Under the pieces are notes generated by a model, which was given only the letters and a program-made list of their open reading frames with translations, made no database searches and had not been told where the DNA came from. Shown piece by piece: positions 13,226-26,064 of a stretch of DNA of 64,000 nucleotides. Source of the DNA: the human T2T-CHM13v2.0 reference genome, Homo sapiens; the NCBI RefSeq assembly GCF_009914755.1, contig NC_060936.1; one strand, given 5' to 3'. Position 1 is the first letter of the stretch. Each line of letters begins with the position of its first letter. A program made the translations under genes and the position numbers.

Positions 13226-13725
13226 TTGTTGTGAAATCCCAACAGCTAAGTTTGAGTACCCTGTGCACACTTAGCTAAACACTGACACATCAGCCCATAG
13301 GAGCAGAGAACGGTTTACTTGATTTGGCCAAAACATGAGGACAGAAGAGGACAGGAGAGGCAAACTCTCAAATTCGACCTCCCTTTGAACATAACTGGGG
13401 ATTTCTGTAAGTAAGGTATGTGTGTGGAAGGTCAGATATTCCAACGATGAAGTCTGCTTGTGTCCCTTGGCCCACCAAACTTTGGATGCCATCAAGGAGG
13501 TCTGCATGGCCTAACGATCATTGTTCTTTTTGTAAGAAAAACACGTTCATTAATCTTGCAGGCTGGGCAGCCCCCAGGAATTAGGATATGAAGTAAATCA
13601 AATATTACTGACTACCCTCTACCAAAATGACTATGTACAAACAATCATGTATAGAGGAAGAAAAGAACAAAGGAAAAAAAAAATAGGTAAAACAAACATA
13701 GTTTTTATAAAATAGGCTTGATTAC
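13226..13725. mobile_element. Probable solo LTR (ERV1-like, subfamily not recognised) inserted in a TA/TG-rich tract
   Basis: ~500-bp GC-richer block bounded by TG...CA, with TA/TG low-complexity sequence on both sides. Confidence 0.45.
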
Positions 13726-15242
13726 AATATGTGTGTGTACACATATATCTCTCACAGCATGTGTCTTTGCTCATTCACTTACAGTCTGTTGTGCTCTTTT
13801 GTTTGACTTTTCCAAAAGCATAAAATAAGCTTCTGCTTTTTTTTCCAATCTTAGATTTTTAACCATTCAATTCATTATGGTCAATGATACATTTTGCATT
13901 TGGTATTAATTCTACCATATTATTTTATATTTATTATATATAGCTTTTTCTTTCTAGATTTTTGTAAAATTAATCATATTTTAATTTTTAATTGTTCAAT
14001 GTTTAATATTTAAAAATATTTTTAATAATGGTTACCTTTAAACTCTTAACAACATATATCTGTACTTATTTAATCCTCTCCCCAAAATATTACATTAGAT
14101 TTACATATTCACTTACTATATGCTCAATGTTAGAAATAAATAAAGCTTATTATTACATAAATGCACCCACTCCAGCAATACTCTGCTGGCAGCTATGTGT
14201 ACTGACACCTATTAGGTGATGCCACTCTTTAAAATATTTTTAGGAATTACCAACAACAATATTCCTTATACCACAATTGCCTTCTGTATCAAGAAAGCAT
14301 GTTTAGCAAGTCCCAAAACAATTTACTAAATGTTTAAACATTTCATAGAACTATAATCTTGATCTTGAACATAGACTGTCAATAGATTCTTAAGCTTTAA
14401 AGTTATTCCAAATTTCTGTTGTAGGCTAAAATATCAAGTGTTTTGTGTGAAGAATACGAACAATTATAAATGTAAGGTGACAGCCCTTCAATTATCCCCT
14501 AGATTTCCTAGACATTTCCTAGCTTTTTCATTGGAATTTGGAATGACATCTCAAGATCACATGAAAGTTAATTTATCTCACTTTTCAGTCATAAGCTTCT
14601 ATTTTTTCCCTGGCCTTTTTCGATGTAGCTTGGAACCCGAAGAACAGTAGTCTTTTATAAAAGTCAGTCTTCCTGCAAAATGTCTAATGGTTAGAGTTAT
14701 CCCTGGGGAAGGATGTAAATTCATTGCAAATGGTAATTTAATGGAGCCTAGCTTTTTTGTCATGCAAAAAGATCCGAATGGATGTGGCAGCCAGCAGCAA
14801 TTCCTATGGGAAGCAGAGCAACATGAAGCAAGTGTTCTTGTCAGAAATAAGCAAATAAATACCTCCAGCTTTTCCATTTTAACAATTTTATCCATGAAAA
14901 AAATACAGAACATGATTTACATGTTGTTGATAATATTTTAAAGAAAGAGTCCAAGTGCTAGAGCTTGTTTATACTTATTATAATAGATCTGACAGGTATT
15001 TTATTCATGACACAGTAGAAAAAAACATTAGCTTCTACAAAGTTGCAAAATGCTCATCAGTGAATATATATTCATTTACTTTATATAGATGGCCTCCTTT
15101 CATTGCCATGGGTTATTTTAATTTGTTGGGTGTCTCTTCTAAAGCACTGTATGTTATCTTTTTTACAGTTCCTCTACATTTGATCATACATTATAATAGT
15201 AACATTCCTGGCCCTGAGTTAATGAATAGAATGGTAAAGTTA

Positions 15243-15383
15243 GAGGAAGCAGAAGAGAGAGAGGAAAAAGGAGAAGGAAAAGAAGAAGGAGAAGGAGGAG
15301 GGGGACAGAATGGGGAGGTGGAAGAGAAGGAGGAGGGGGAGGAGGAAAAGGAGAAGATGGAGAAGAAGAAGAAAAAAAAGAAA
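15243..15383 (+). repeat. GA-rich low-complexity polypurine tract
   Basis: GAGGAAGCAGAAGAGAGAGAGGAAAAAGGAGAAGG...; nearly pyrimidine-free. Confidence 0.9.
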
Positions 15384-15472
15384 TGGTGAAAACATACTCA
15401 TTCCCAAGCATCACAGTTAACAATGACAGGGAAGTACTCCATAGGGAATTATTTAAAAGTTAAGCACCTTTT

Positions 15473-15524
15473 GTAACAAACCTGCATATTGTGCACATGT
15501 ACCCTAGAACTTAAAGTAATACAA
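15473..15524 (+). mobile_element. Ultra-short L1PA (PA4-6-like) 3' terminus
   Basis: GTAACAAACCTGCATATTGTGCACATGTACCCTAGAACTTAAAGTA; perfect 18-bp TSD AAAAGTTAAGCACCTTTT at 15455-15472 and 15525-15542. Confidence 0.93.
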
Positions 15525-16468
15525 AAAAGTTAAGCACCTTTTAACCTTACTAAATTAAAGTGCTTAACTAGTTTGTTGAAGCTATTTTAATAATACTTAC
15601 ATGAAATTATTGGTAAATAACCAACCAACACATATATCAATCTACTTAATCTGATACAGAATTACTAAGGGAATGGTTTGCTGCAAGCATTTCCATGGAC
15701 AATAGGGTAGAGAAAGTCTGGGGCTTTGTAAAATTGTTACCTGATTCTAGTGTCCTTCTTTGAAAAGCAGGACAGGTTCAGCTACTCATGGAGCAATGAA
15801 ATACCTGACTAGACTTAACACTCTTTTTGGGGCAAAGAAGCAATTTCGATGGGAAGTAACTGTTGTAAACTTAATGAGATTCCAAATAGTTGCAACAGAA
15901 GAGAACAGTGATTTTATATTGGAGTTAATCTTTTCAATGGATGTTTCATTACAGAAATTTGCTATGTCATTCATTTATTTTATTTCTATTTTATTATGAA
16001 ATATATCATCCATACAGAAAAGCACATAAAATAGATATATGTAATTTAGAGAATAATTATGAACATCAATGTACTACCACACAAATCAAGAAATGGAACA
16101 TTATTAATATCGCAGAAGCATCCCTCCTATGAGCCCATTCCTCAAAACAAATGTTTTCCTTCTTCCTAAATCAACATTGTGACATTTGTGATAACCATCT
16201 TTTCTTCTTAAGAATAAATTACTCACTCACATGAATTACTGAGTAATAGAGATTTTTGAACATTTTAATATTTATCTATGTTGTTGCATGTAAATGTGAT
16301 TACTTCATTTTTATTACTGTATACAATACCATTGCATGACTATTTTACAATTTATATATCCATTCTACTGGATGATTTCTGGCTTTTATAAACAATACTT
16401 AGAAGTACAGGTGCATGTGTGCTTGCTGGGGTGGGGTGGAGAGGGATGGGATACACATTTTCTACCAG

Positions 16469-16658
16469 CAGTTGTCTTCAAAATGTGATCCCTGGACCAG
16501 CAACAACAGCATTATCTGGGGAGTAAAGTTACAAATGCAAATATTTTTTAGTTCTACCCCAGATATGGTTAATGAGAAACTTTGCATTTGGGCCTAGTAA
16601 TCTATCTTCATGAAACTTCTCATTGATCCTGACACACTCTTTTAAGTGTGAGAACCAT
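16469..16658. mobile_element. MER5A (hAT-Charlie MITE)
   Basis: CAGTTGTCTTCAAAATGTGATCCCTGGACCAGCAAC...AAGTGTGAGAACCATG. Confidence 0.8.
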
Positions 16659-16813
16659 GTATAATATATTTGGAAATGGAATTACTGGATTATAGGTTGT
16701 GGACATCTACATCTTTATTAGATAATTCCAAATTGTTCTTCAAAGTGGTCATACCAACTATTTTGTACAGAACTCCAGTGGTGTATGACAGTTCACATTT
16801 GTTTTAGATACAC

Positions 16814-17221
16814 TGATGCCCTGCCCAGATTCTTCTTCAAAGAAGAGCTCCTTGACCCAGCTGCTGGCAGAGCTGCATTGGACAACTGTCAGCTCTGAAT
16901 TCCTTCAGGGACTGTCTTAGCTGCAGAGAGCTGCCTCACTGTGGTCAAATCCTTCCAGGGGATGGACCACGTCCAGTGACTTACTTAGATGAAGGTTGTA
17001 AACGCTTGGCCATTTTACCCTAAGGCAGGGAATTCTCATAGAACAGTAGGTTATTCTACTGCAGACATGTTTTCTGGGTCACTTTAAAGCTTGATTTTTT
17101 TTTCTTACCATCCTGTTCCCCTCCCTTCCACAGACGTTAGGCCAAAGATACTTCTTAAAATAATTCTGAACATTAAACTCTATCTGTGAATCTACCTCCC
17201 AGGAGACCCTGAGTGCTACCA
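16814..17221 (+). mobile_element. LTR16-like ERVL solo LTR
   Basis: GATGCCCTGCCCAGATTC, CCCAGCTGCTGG, CAGCTGCAGAGAGCTGCCTC-like core, CTCCCAGGAGACCC end. Confidence 0.75.
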
Positions 17222-17649
17222 TATTCTCTCAAACACTTGTCAATTAACTAAATTTAAAGTTTTGTCTTTCTTTAAGAAATTCAATAATAATTAATTGCAT
17301 TTTCCTGATTACTAATAATGTTGAGCAACTTTTCATTTGGAATTCATGAAGTTCCAGTTTAAGTATTTTGTTCATTTATCTATTGTGTTGTCTTTTTTAA
17401 GTTAATTGGTACAGCTTTTTATATATGCTAGATATTGAATCTTTGTTATTATAGGCCTTAAGACATATTTTCCTATTCCTACTTGCATTGTCATTTGTAT
17501 TATTATTGACAGTGGATAACTGTCAAATTTATATGAAGTTGAATTTATAAATCATTACATTTATATTAGTTGAATTTGTGTTGTAAGACATCTTTTCCTA
17601 ACTGTAGGACACGAAAATATTGTATGGATTTTTGGGGAAGTTAAATAAA

Positions 17650-17995
17650 ACCAATGGAAAAAATATTGAGAAAAGCAAAAGAGAAACAATATGTTACTGC
17701 TACAGGGAAAAACCAATTCTAAAGACAGCAGATTTCTTATCAGAAAGCATGGAGATTGGCACAATATTTTCCAATGGGAAAGAAAAGAAATTGCCAACCC
17801 ACAATTCTATGTTTAGCAAAAATAACATTCAGGAATGAAAGAGAAAGCAAAACATCCTTAGATAAAGGAAGATTGAGATAATCTGTTGCCAATAGACTTT
17901 CCCTAAGAAAAAAATCTGGAGTAAATTTTCTAAATGGCAGGAAATGATAAAAGAAGAAACCTTGGAACATCAGGAATAAAGAAGTAGTGTAATAA
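17650..17995 (+). mobile_element. Old L1M ORF1 fragment
   Basis: GACAGCAGATTTCTTATCAGAAAGCATGGAG (TADFLSESME) and AAAGAAAAGAAATTGCCAACCCACAATTCTAT. Confidence 0.7.
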
Positions 17996-18482
17996 GAATA
18001 TTTATTTCTATTTTTTACAGGTTACAAAATGTTGCCATGCACTTATTTATCAAATTCTAAAATTAATCAATTATTTATTCTTCTTCCAAACAGTGTAAAG
18101 AATTTGCAACACTTTAATCTCATTTTGCCCAATTATCTTTTAAAATTATTTTATGTAGAAAATAGTATCATTATTTTTCATATAGTTAATGAGCATTTAA
18201 ATTTTTTCATATCTTTATACCATTTTCTTTCTTCTTTCAATTTAGGCATTTTCTTTGGCTTACTTTCCTTTAGCTTGTAAAACATACTTAAATTATCTTT
18301 AGTGAGGGTTTTCTCATGGCAAAATCTTTCTGTGTATATCTCAGGATATAGAAAAAATATTTTTCTATTTCTTCCTGAAAGACTGCTTTCCTTGAAATAC
18401 AATTACAGGTTGGCAATTATTTTCTCCAATAATATTAAAGTTAATTTTACTGTTAGAAATTCCACTCTCAGTTTCATGTCCT

Positions 18483-18840
18483 GTGTCAGTCAGAATTATG
18501 CTCAAGGAACAAACTCAAATCCCAATGGGTTTATACATTAAAAGTTTATTTTCTGAACAGAAGGTCTCTTCTCATCATAGTTACCCAGCAACTCAAGTTA
18601 ATGGAGATATCCTCTTAACACATATTGCTACTTACATCATGACCATGGAAAAGAAGTTAGTTGCACAATGTATCTTAAAGTTTCAACCACAAAGTTACAC
18701 ATGTAACTTCTGCTCAGGTTTCATTGGCCAAAGCAAGTTACTAGCCTATAGTTAATTTAATGAGACAGTAATATGCAATCCAATCATATGTCTAGAATGA
18801 GAACATGGAACTTAGATAAACATTACTAATAACTTCCATA
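18483..18840 (-). mobile_element. Old MLT1 (J/K/L-like) LTR
   Basis: TGTGTCAGTCAGAATT...AACAAACTCAAAT; AAAGTTACACATGTAACTTCTGCTCAGGTTTCATTGGCCAAAGCAAGTTA. Confidence 0.6.
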
Positions 18841-19589
18841 CTGCCTCTATTTATAGAGAAAGAGAGATGAAAAGAAAGAAGAGAGGTTGGAGAGAGAGGA
18901 ATGGGAAAATGAAAGAATGAAGGAGAGAAAGATACAGAGGCAGAGATAAGTTAACATACCTCTAGTAAGTAGTAAATTTATGTTTACTTCAAAACTCTGT
19001 ATAATATGTAGGTGACAGGATGAATTTTTCAATTTTGGGGAGGATGTTCAATTTTTTTTTCGGTAGCATTTCTGAAGATTCCTTTTATCAATGCTCTCTG
19101 AATGATAATGGGCTATGTGTTTTATGGTATTTATAATTTTATAATGTATATATGGACCTATATAGTACATTAGTTTTTAGTTATGTAGGAATAGAGTACA
19201 TTAAGCATATTTTCTTCTCAATCAAAACACACAAATTATAGATTAAAACATCTTCAATTCTCTAATCAGCAGTTTACATCCATTTATGTTGTTCTAAAAA
19301 CTGGAATGGGTGGAAAATAATGTGTGCAAAACGTGTTAGGATTAGTTCTGTATGTCATAGTGAATTTCTACAGTTAACACATGGAACAATTATGAGAAAA
19401 CATAACTTTTGACATGTCTATTTCCTTCTTAAATATTTTTTGTCTCCATTGCCTTAATATAAATAGACACACTCTTTCACAGGCTATTTAATTTCTTTAG
19501 TCCTCTGAGTCTTGCATATTCTTACCTTATTCTGTTTCTCCAAATCGACAGCTGAAATTGCCCTAAAAACAGTGGCAGTAGAATTCCTG

Positions 19590-19980
19590 CAAAGGACTGC
19601 CCCAAACCAACCCAAGATAGAGATAGTTGGGATTCCAAGAAAGAAACACTAAATACCAGGGTGATTAGTCTAAAGCATTCATTAGTGGAGCTTACATACA
19701 GAAGACTTCAGAGTCCTCAAGACAGACAGAAAGACAAGAGATGTTCTCCTTTAAAAGGAAGTTGTGTTATGGAGTTTATATTCAGGTTGAAAGAATATGA
19801 CTTAGGGCCAGGGCTAGTTTCTACATATGAAGCAACATAGTTGATCTTTCAGAGTTTCAAGCAACAACCTAAACAACATTATCAGTACCTAGCAATGCTC
19901 AACACTCTGGCTTGAGTTCAAGCCTGCAGAAGAAAACACATTGCTGGCTTTGTCACAGAGCAGCCAAGGTACCCTTGTTA
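19590..19980 (-). mobile_element. ERVL-type LTR fragment (MER73/LTR53/MER54-like)
   Basis: AAGCATTCATTAG (degenerate antisense polyA signal), CAGGGCTAGTTTCTA, GGCTTGAGTTCAAGCCTGC. Confidence 0.4.
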
Positions 19981-20099
19981 CTTGGTCAGGGTAAAGAACA
20001 AAAGATGGGGAACACTGGGAGACTCTGCCTACCTTATTCCAATAAGAAAGCACTACCTTCTGTCCACGTTCTTCCACCTTATCATCCAAAATTTATTCT

Positions 20100-22000
20100 T
20101 CAGCTATGTTAATTAAATTATTTCAGTCTCTAGCACCCCTTCTAAACTTTTATAACACTCTACATTCCCAAACAAGAGAAGACGTCAAATGAAAATTCCT
20201 TCATTTTTTCAATAGTTGAACTACAGATTTATCTACATTCATATATCTTTAACTCATTCTTCCTCTCACCAAAGAGGAACTGTGCGCTTAAGTTAAACTA
20301 ATCTCTTCCTGGTGCTTTTGAGACAATATATTCCAAGCCCTTCAGAAATCCTCTCCTATTAGCTATTTTTTTCTTTTTTATTTAACCTTTTCTTTTAATG
20401 TATTCAACATTTGAAGGAAGAGACGTGGTGTCTCCTTTCTTCTGTATGTCAAACTGATTGTCTTTTTTCTACCTAGGATGTTTCAGTGCAGACTTCTAAA
20501 TGATGGATTGCCCCAGGGTCTGTCCTCTTACATTTTCTTCTTTCTATTCTTGCTCCCTCTTGTACAATATCACGGCTTTAAATAAAATCTCCCCCACAAA
20601 ACAAACCTGATCACATTTCTTACCACTCTCCTTCTGTCATCTCTACTCCAGACATGGTGATCCTTCTGATGTCCTTGATCCTTGAATATAAGACAAATGT
20701 TCTAATTATAGTGCTTTAAGCTTTGCCTGTCTTTTACTATGAATGCTCTCCTCCCTGATATTTGATAGCTCACCACCTAACTTCATCCAGTTGCCTTCCC
20801 AAATGTCATCTTTGTGGCTACCCTAACTAGAAATATCTAACAGGCCAAACTCCATTAGTCTGTAGTAGTCTATCTCATGGTCCTACTTTATTTTTCTGCA
20901 TTGTACTTTTCAACACTTGAAATTGTATTTTGTGCACCTGTTTATTTACTTAGGGGATTTAAGAAATTTAAAACAAAATTACAGTGATAATAGGGTTATT
21001 GGGAAGAGTAAATGAACAACTACATGAAAAGTGCTTTTAAAACAATTTTTTTTTTCTTTTTTTTTGAGACAGAGTCTTGCTCTGTCTCTCAGGCTGGAGT
21101 GCAGCGGCACAATTTCGGCTCACTGCAACCTCTGCCTCCCATGTTCAAGCAATTCTCCTGCCTCAGCATGCCGAAGCTGGGACTACAGGCCTGTACCACC
21201 AAGCCTGGCTAATTTTTTGTATTTTAGTAGAGACGGGGTTTCACCATGTTGCGCAGGCTGGTTTCAAACTCCTGAGCTCAGGCAATCCACCTGCCTCAGC
21301 CTCCCAAAGTGCTAGGATTGCAGGCGTGAGCCACTGTGCCAGCCTAAAACAGTTCTTTAAAGATAGAATATGTTCTATGAATATTAGCTAATTAGAAATA
21401 TTTTTTAAAATTTTCTCCAACTAGAATATATGTTATACAAAAGCACTTGATTGTTTATAGTTTTCTGCTGTATCACTTCCTAATGAGCAGTAATGCAATA
21501 GATTGTCTATTCTTTAGTTCCTAAAGCAATATCTAACAAAGTTCAACAAATATTTCTTGAATTAATGTAATAATGGCTCTCAAATCTGAACCTCCAGCCT
21601 GAATCTACCACTGAGTTTCCTTTGGGTATATCAAACTGCCTAGAAGACTTCCCTTGGATATCTAATAACATTGTAAAAAGGAAATACTGATGATATGATT
21701 TTCTTAAAGTGTTTCTCACTATCCTTGAAGACTTACAGTTATCTTTGACCTTTTTTAATTATCCACCCATGCTTTATCATCAAATCCCATTAATACCACC
21801 ACCAAAATGTATATAAAATCCAACCTCTTTTCTCCACCTTCCCTGTCAGCTTCATTTTTTATGCAGACTATAGCCACTACATCCTAAGTTTCTCCACTAT
21901 TGTTTCCCTGTTGCCTATTTTCCAAATAATACTTTGATCATAGCATTCTGCTGTCTAAAACCCATTGATATCTTTCCAATGCAATTTGAAAAGAATTTTG
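20100..22000 (+). mobile_element. L2 fragments interrupted by an Alu
   Basis: CT-rich L2 motifs (CCCCAGGGTCTGTCCT, AAATGTCATCTT, CTCTCAAATCTGAACCTCCAGCC); 3' end GTTCAACAAATATTTCTTGAATTAATG near 21540. Confidence 0.65.
21046..21344 (-). mobile_element. AluS (Sx/Sz-like)
   Basis: Full dimeric Alu antisense; imperfect TSD TAAAACA(A/G)TT. Confidence 0.95.
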
Positions 22001-22024
22001 AAATTGCCAAAGAATTTTCAAATT

Positions 22025-23284
22025 GTCAAAAACAAGAAATGGGGAAAGGACTCCTTATTTAATAAATAGTGCTGGGAGAAATGGCCAGCCATATGTACAA
22101 AACTAAAACTTTTCACCTTATATAAATATTAACTCAAGATGAAGTAAATACTTAAATTAAAAACCAAAACTATAAAAACCCTAGAATAAAATCTAGGCAA
22201 TACCATTCAGGACATAGGCAAAGGCAAAGCTTTCATGACTTAAATATCAAAAGCAATTGCAACATAGGCAAAAATTGACAAATGGGATCTAATTAAACTA
22301 AAGAGCAAAAGAAACTATCATCCGAGTGAACGGAGAACCTATAGAATGGGAGAAATTTTTTACAATCTATCCATCTGACAAAGGTCTAATATTCAGAGTC
22401 TACAAGAAACTTAAACAAATTTACAAGAAAAAAAAAACACTAAATGTGGGCAAAGGACATGAACAGACACTCCTCAAAGGAAGACATTCATGCAGCCAAC
22501 AAACAAAAGCTCAATGTCACTGATCATTAGAGAAATGCAAATCAAAACCACAGTGAGATACCATCTCATGCCAGTCACAATGGTGATTATTAAAAAATCA
22601 AGAAACAATGGGGGTGGCGAGGTTACGGAGAAAAAGGAATGCTTTTACATTGTTGTTGGAAATGTAAATTATTTCAACCATTGTGGAACACAGTGTGGTG
22701 ACTCCTCAAAGATCTAGAAGCAGAAATATTATTCAACCCAGTAGTCCCATTACTGGATATATACCCCAAGGAATATAAATCATTCTATTATAAAGATACA
22801 TGCACAAGTATGTTCATTGCAGCACTGTTCACAACAACAAAGATATGGAAGCAACCCAAATGCCCATCAATGTTAGACTGGATAAAGAAAATGTGGTACA
22901 TATACACCATGGAATGCTATGCAGCCATAAAATGAAATGAGATTATGTACTTGCAGGGACATGGATTGAGCTAGAGGTCATTATCCTCAGCAAACTAATG
23001 TAGAAAAAGAAAACCAAATACTGCATGTTCTCATTTATAAGTGGGAGCTGAACAATGAGAACACCTGGACACACTGGGGGGAACAACACACACCGGGACC
23101 CGTTGGGGTTACTGAGGGGGCGAGAGCTTCAGGAAAAATAGTTAATGGATGCTGGGCTTAATACCTAGGTGATGGGTTGATCTGTGTAGCAAACCACCGT
23201 GGCACATGTTTACTTACGTAATAAACCTGCATATCCCGCACATATACCCTGGAACTTAAAATAAAAGTTGAAGAAGAAAAAAAA
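22025..23284 (+). mobile_element. 5'-truncated L1PA11-13-like element (ORF2 3' part + 3'UTR)
   Basis: [16 protein letters not shown] and [17 protein letters not shown] translations; 3'UTR ending CTTAAAATAAAAGTTGAAGAAG + A tail. Confidence 0.92.
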
Positions 23285-23428
23285 TTATTTCTCAAGGCCA
23301 GAACTTTTACATAAATTGCAGAACTTATACCTCCCTGCCTACTTGACACTGCTCCTTATATATGACAAAGACACATCAAACTCCAAATATCAAAAATATT
23401 AATTCTAGTGTAAACATTTTTGTGAGAG

Positions 23429-23740
23429 GTTTTTTTTTGTTTGTTTGTTTGTTTTTTGACACGGAGTCTCACTCTGTCACCCAGGCTGGGGTGAAGCGGT
23501 GTGATCTCAGCTCACTGCAACCTCCACCTCCCTGGTTCAAGCAATTCTCCTGCCTCAGCCTCCTGAGCAGCTGGGACTACAGCCATGCCACCAAACCCGG
23601 CTAATTTTTTTTGTGTTTTCAGTAGAGGCAGGGTTTCACCATGCTGGACAGACTGGTCTCAAGCTTCTGGCCTCAAGTGACCCACCCGCCTCAGCCTCCC
23701 AAAGTGCTGGGATTATAGGTGTGAGTCACCGCACCCTGCC
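23429..23740 (-). mobile_element. AluS with (TTTG)n tail
   Basis: Antisense dimeric Alu; CCTCAAGTGACCCACCCGCC. Confidence 0.95.
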
Positions 23741-24248
23741 TGTGCAAGTCTTTGAATGCACATATACGTGTGTATTTGTGTATGTTGAATTTATCTATAA
23801 GTCAAATTCCTGTGTTACAGTGAATATATAGATTCAACTTTGGTAAATAATGATCTGTCTTAGTGATTTTTTTTAACTATTGGAAATTTTTTAATGATCT
23901 TTTTCTCTTCATCTATACTCCTACAGCTTTTAGATAAAAATAGCAAAGCTACCTAAATAATGGCAATAACCTCTCCGATCTTCTGAATCAACTCAGGCTA
24001 CTCTTCAATAATTGTGTTACTCTAATCTCATTAACCTTTTCAGACATGGTAATATAACCTTTGCTTACACTTCCACCACAGGACATCTGAACATACTGTG
24101 GTCTAGTTTCCATTCTCTCACTTTCCTATACAACCACCACTCCAACTATAGAATTTGCCTTGTTAACTCATATTCTTCTTAAGTTATTGCTTTTTCTTGT
24201 ATGCACTGATAGTACAGTGTATAGGACACAGTTCCAATTGTACATATA

Positions 24249-24670
24249 CAGTTGACCCTTGAACAACATGAGTTTGAACCACGAACTCCACTTATATGCA
24301 AATTTTCCTCCTCTACTACCCTGAGACAGCAAGACCAATTCTTCTTCTTCTCCTCAACCTGAACATGAAGATGACAAGGATGAAGACCTTTATGATAATC
24401 CACTTAATGAACAGTAAATATATTTTTTCTTTCTTATGATTTTCTCAATAACATTTTCTTTTATCTAGCTTACTTTACAGTAGAAATACAACATAAAATA
24501 TACATAACATACAAACTAGGTGTTAATCAACTGATTATATTATCTGTAAGGCTTCTGGTGAGCAGTAGGCTATTAGTAGTTACGGTTAGGGGGAGTTAAA
24601 AGTTATGCACAATTTTTCTACTGCAAAGGAATCTGCATCCCTAACCACTGCATTGTTCAAAGGTCAACTG
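24249..24670. mobile_element. Tigger2a (MER28) TcMar DNA transposon
   Basis: TIRs CAGTTGACCCTTGAACAAC / TTGTTCAAAGGTCAACTG, TA duplication both sides, 422 bp. Confidence 0.9.
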
Positions 24671-24830
24671 TATTACTGTGATTCTTTTATAAATGTATCT
24701 CTTTGCCACAAGATTGTAAGTTTTGTGATAGCAAAGAGAGACATTTATTAAAAATGAATCACAGTAATACAGTTACTGTATTACTTTGCCACAAGATTGT
24801 AACCGACAAGATTGTAAGCTCTGTGACGGC
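24666..24830. repeat. ~42-bp-arm inverted repeat plus short direct re-copies
   Basis: 24666-24706 is the near reverse complement of 24731-24774; ACAAGATTGTAA occurs 3 times. Confidence 0.9.
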
Positions 24831-26064
24831 ATGGAAACTGTATATTTCCTCCCTAAATTTGGACCCCTCATATTTAGAACTATCCCTAGGACATAATAGG
24901 TGTTCAAAATATAAGGTTATTGAATGAATAAACTCAAGCCTGAATTCATGAACAAATGAATGTTATTTTCCCTATTTGGAAAACTTTTCCTTTGCCCTCT
25001 TCCTACTCTCCCTTTTCTAGGTGAGTTACAATTCATCTTTCATATCTCAATTTACACATTGTGGACTAGGATATTTTTCTGAAGCAAATCTTCGTTAAAA
25101 TGTCCCTACAATGTGCTTTACATGGTTCTTTATTCTAAGTTAGCAGTTAGCACATTAGGTAACAATTTTTATCTCTTTTCCACATCCTTCACTAATTTGT
25201 AAGCTCCTTAACAATAGAACTTATTTCATATTCACAAGAAAACCCTAGTTTCTAGCAAAAAGAACCAAAATAGCACTAGAAGAAAAAAACCTTTGGACTT
25301 TTCTTTTCCTGACTTAGGTCTTAGTTTTTTCATTTAAAAAATGAAATAATGTCTTCATCTCTATTCAACTTAAAAGTGTCACATGATTCATTGTGTAAGT
25401 CCTAGATGATAAATATCAATTACTTCAGGAATAACAATATAAAACAAAATAATTATCTAAGAAGTAAGATAGACAAAGATGAAGAAGGATACCAGGATTA
25501 AAAATTATCTTTTCTCCTCCTATTTTCCTCACAGGTACTGACCTCAGCCTTCAGTATTTCCAAATTTCATTGCTTTTTCACACCAAAGTTCTAGCTACAA
25601 TAGTGTTCTAAAATATCAAGAAATAGGTTATTTTGCACTATATCTAACTCACCCCAATAGTACAAAATCCAAAAACAAATATGTGTTTTACAGGTTTCTG
25701 TACTAGCTTTATCAGGGTCCGTAGTAGTGAAATTGATCTCTATCTCTGAAATTTGGATAGTTTCACATTTTTAGAAATGACTGAAAACTGAGTAGACCAA
25801 ACAAGTAAATAGATTTCATCTACATTTGATTTTCTATTAATATAATTCCATAAAATTCTTTCAAAATTATTTTATTCAACAGAAGTTATGAAAATGCATT
25901 AGTGATACTGATCAGTCAAAAAGCAGTATTTTTCAGAATGTCAAAAATTCTGTGTACTTGATCTTTGTTCAACATCTACCATGAACAATTAAATGTATGC
26001 CATGATGATAAACTATATAACTGTCATGAGTTATTTGAAAGACAGAGGAGTCCTTTTTCCCTCA

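Larger units (their letters stand above)
15975..17620 (-). mobile_element. L1ME-type 3' region, interrupted by MER5A and LTR16
   Basis: CCACACAAATCAAGAAATGGAACATT, TTCATTTTTATTACTGTATACAATACCATTG, GGAATTACTGGATTATAGG, TTGCATTTTCCTGATTACTAAT. Confidence 0.75.

Noticed and set aside
14955-15389. 144-aa ORF with acidic/lysine-rich tail
   Set aside because: GTG start; the C-terminal half is the GA-rich low-complexity tract; no recognisable domain
21012-21391. ORFs of 66-104 aa
   Set aside because: Standard antisense-Alu translations; the same applies at 111-386, 6081-6305 and 23362-23831
25510-25630. Strong plus-strand acceptor TTTTCTCCTCCTATTTTCCTCACAG
   Set aside because: No convincing downstream donor or coding signal
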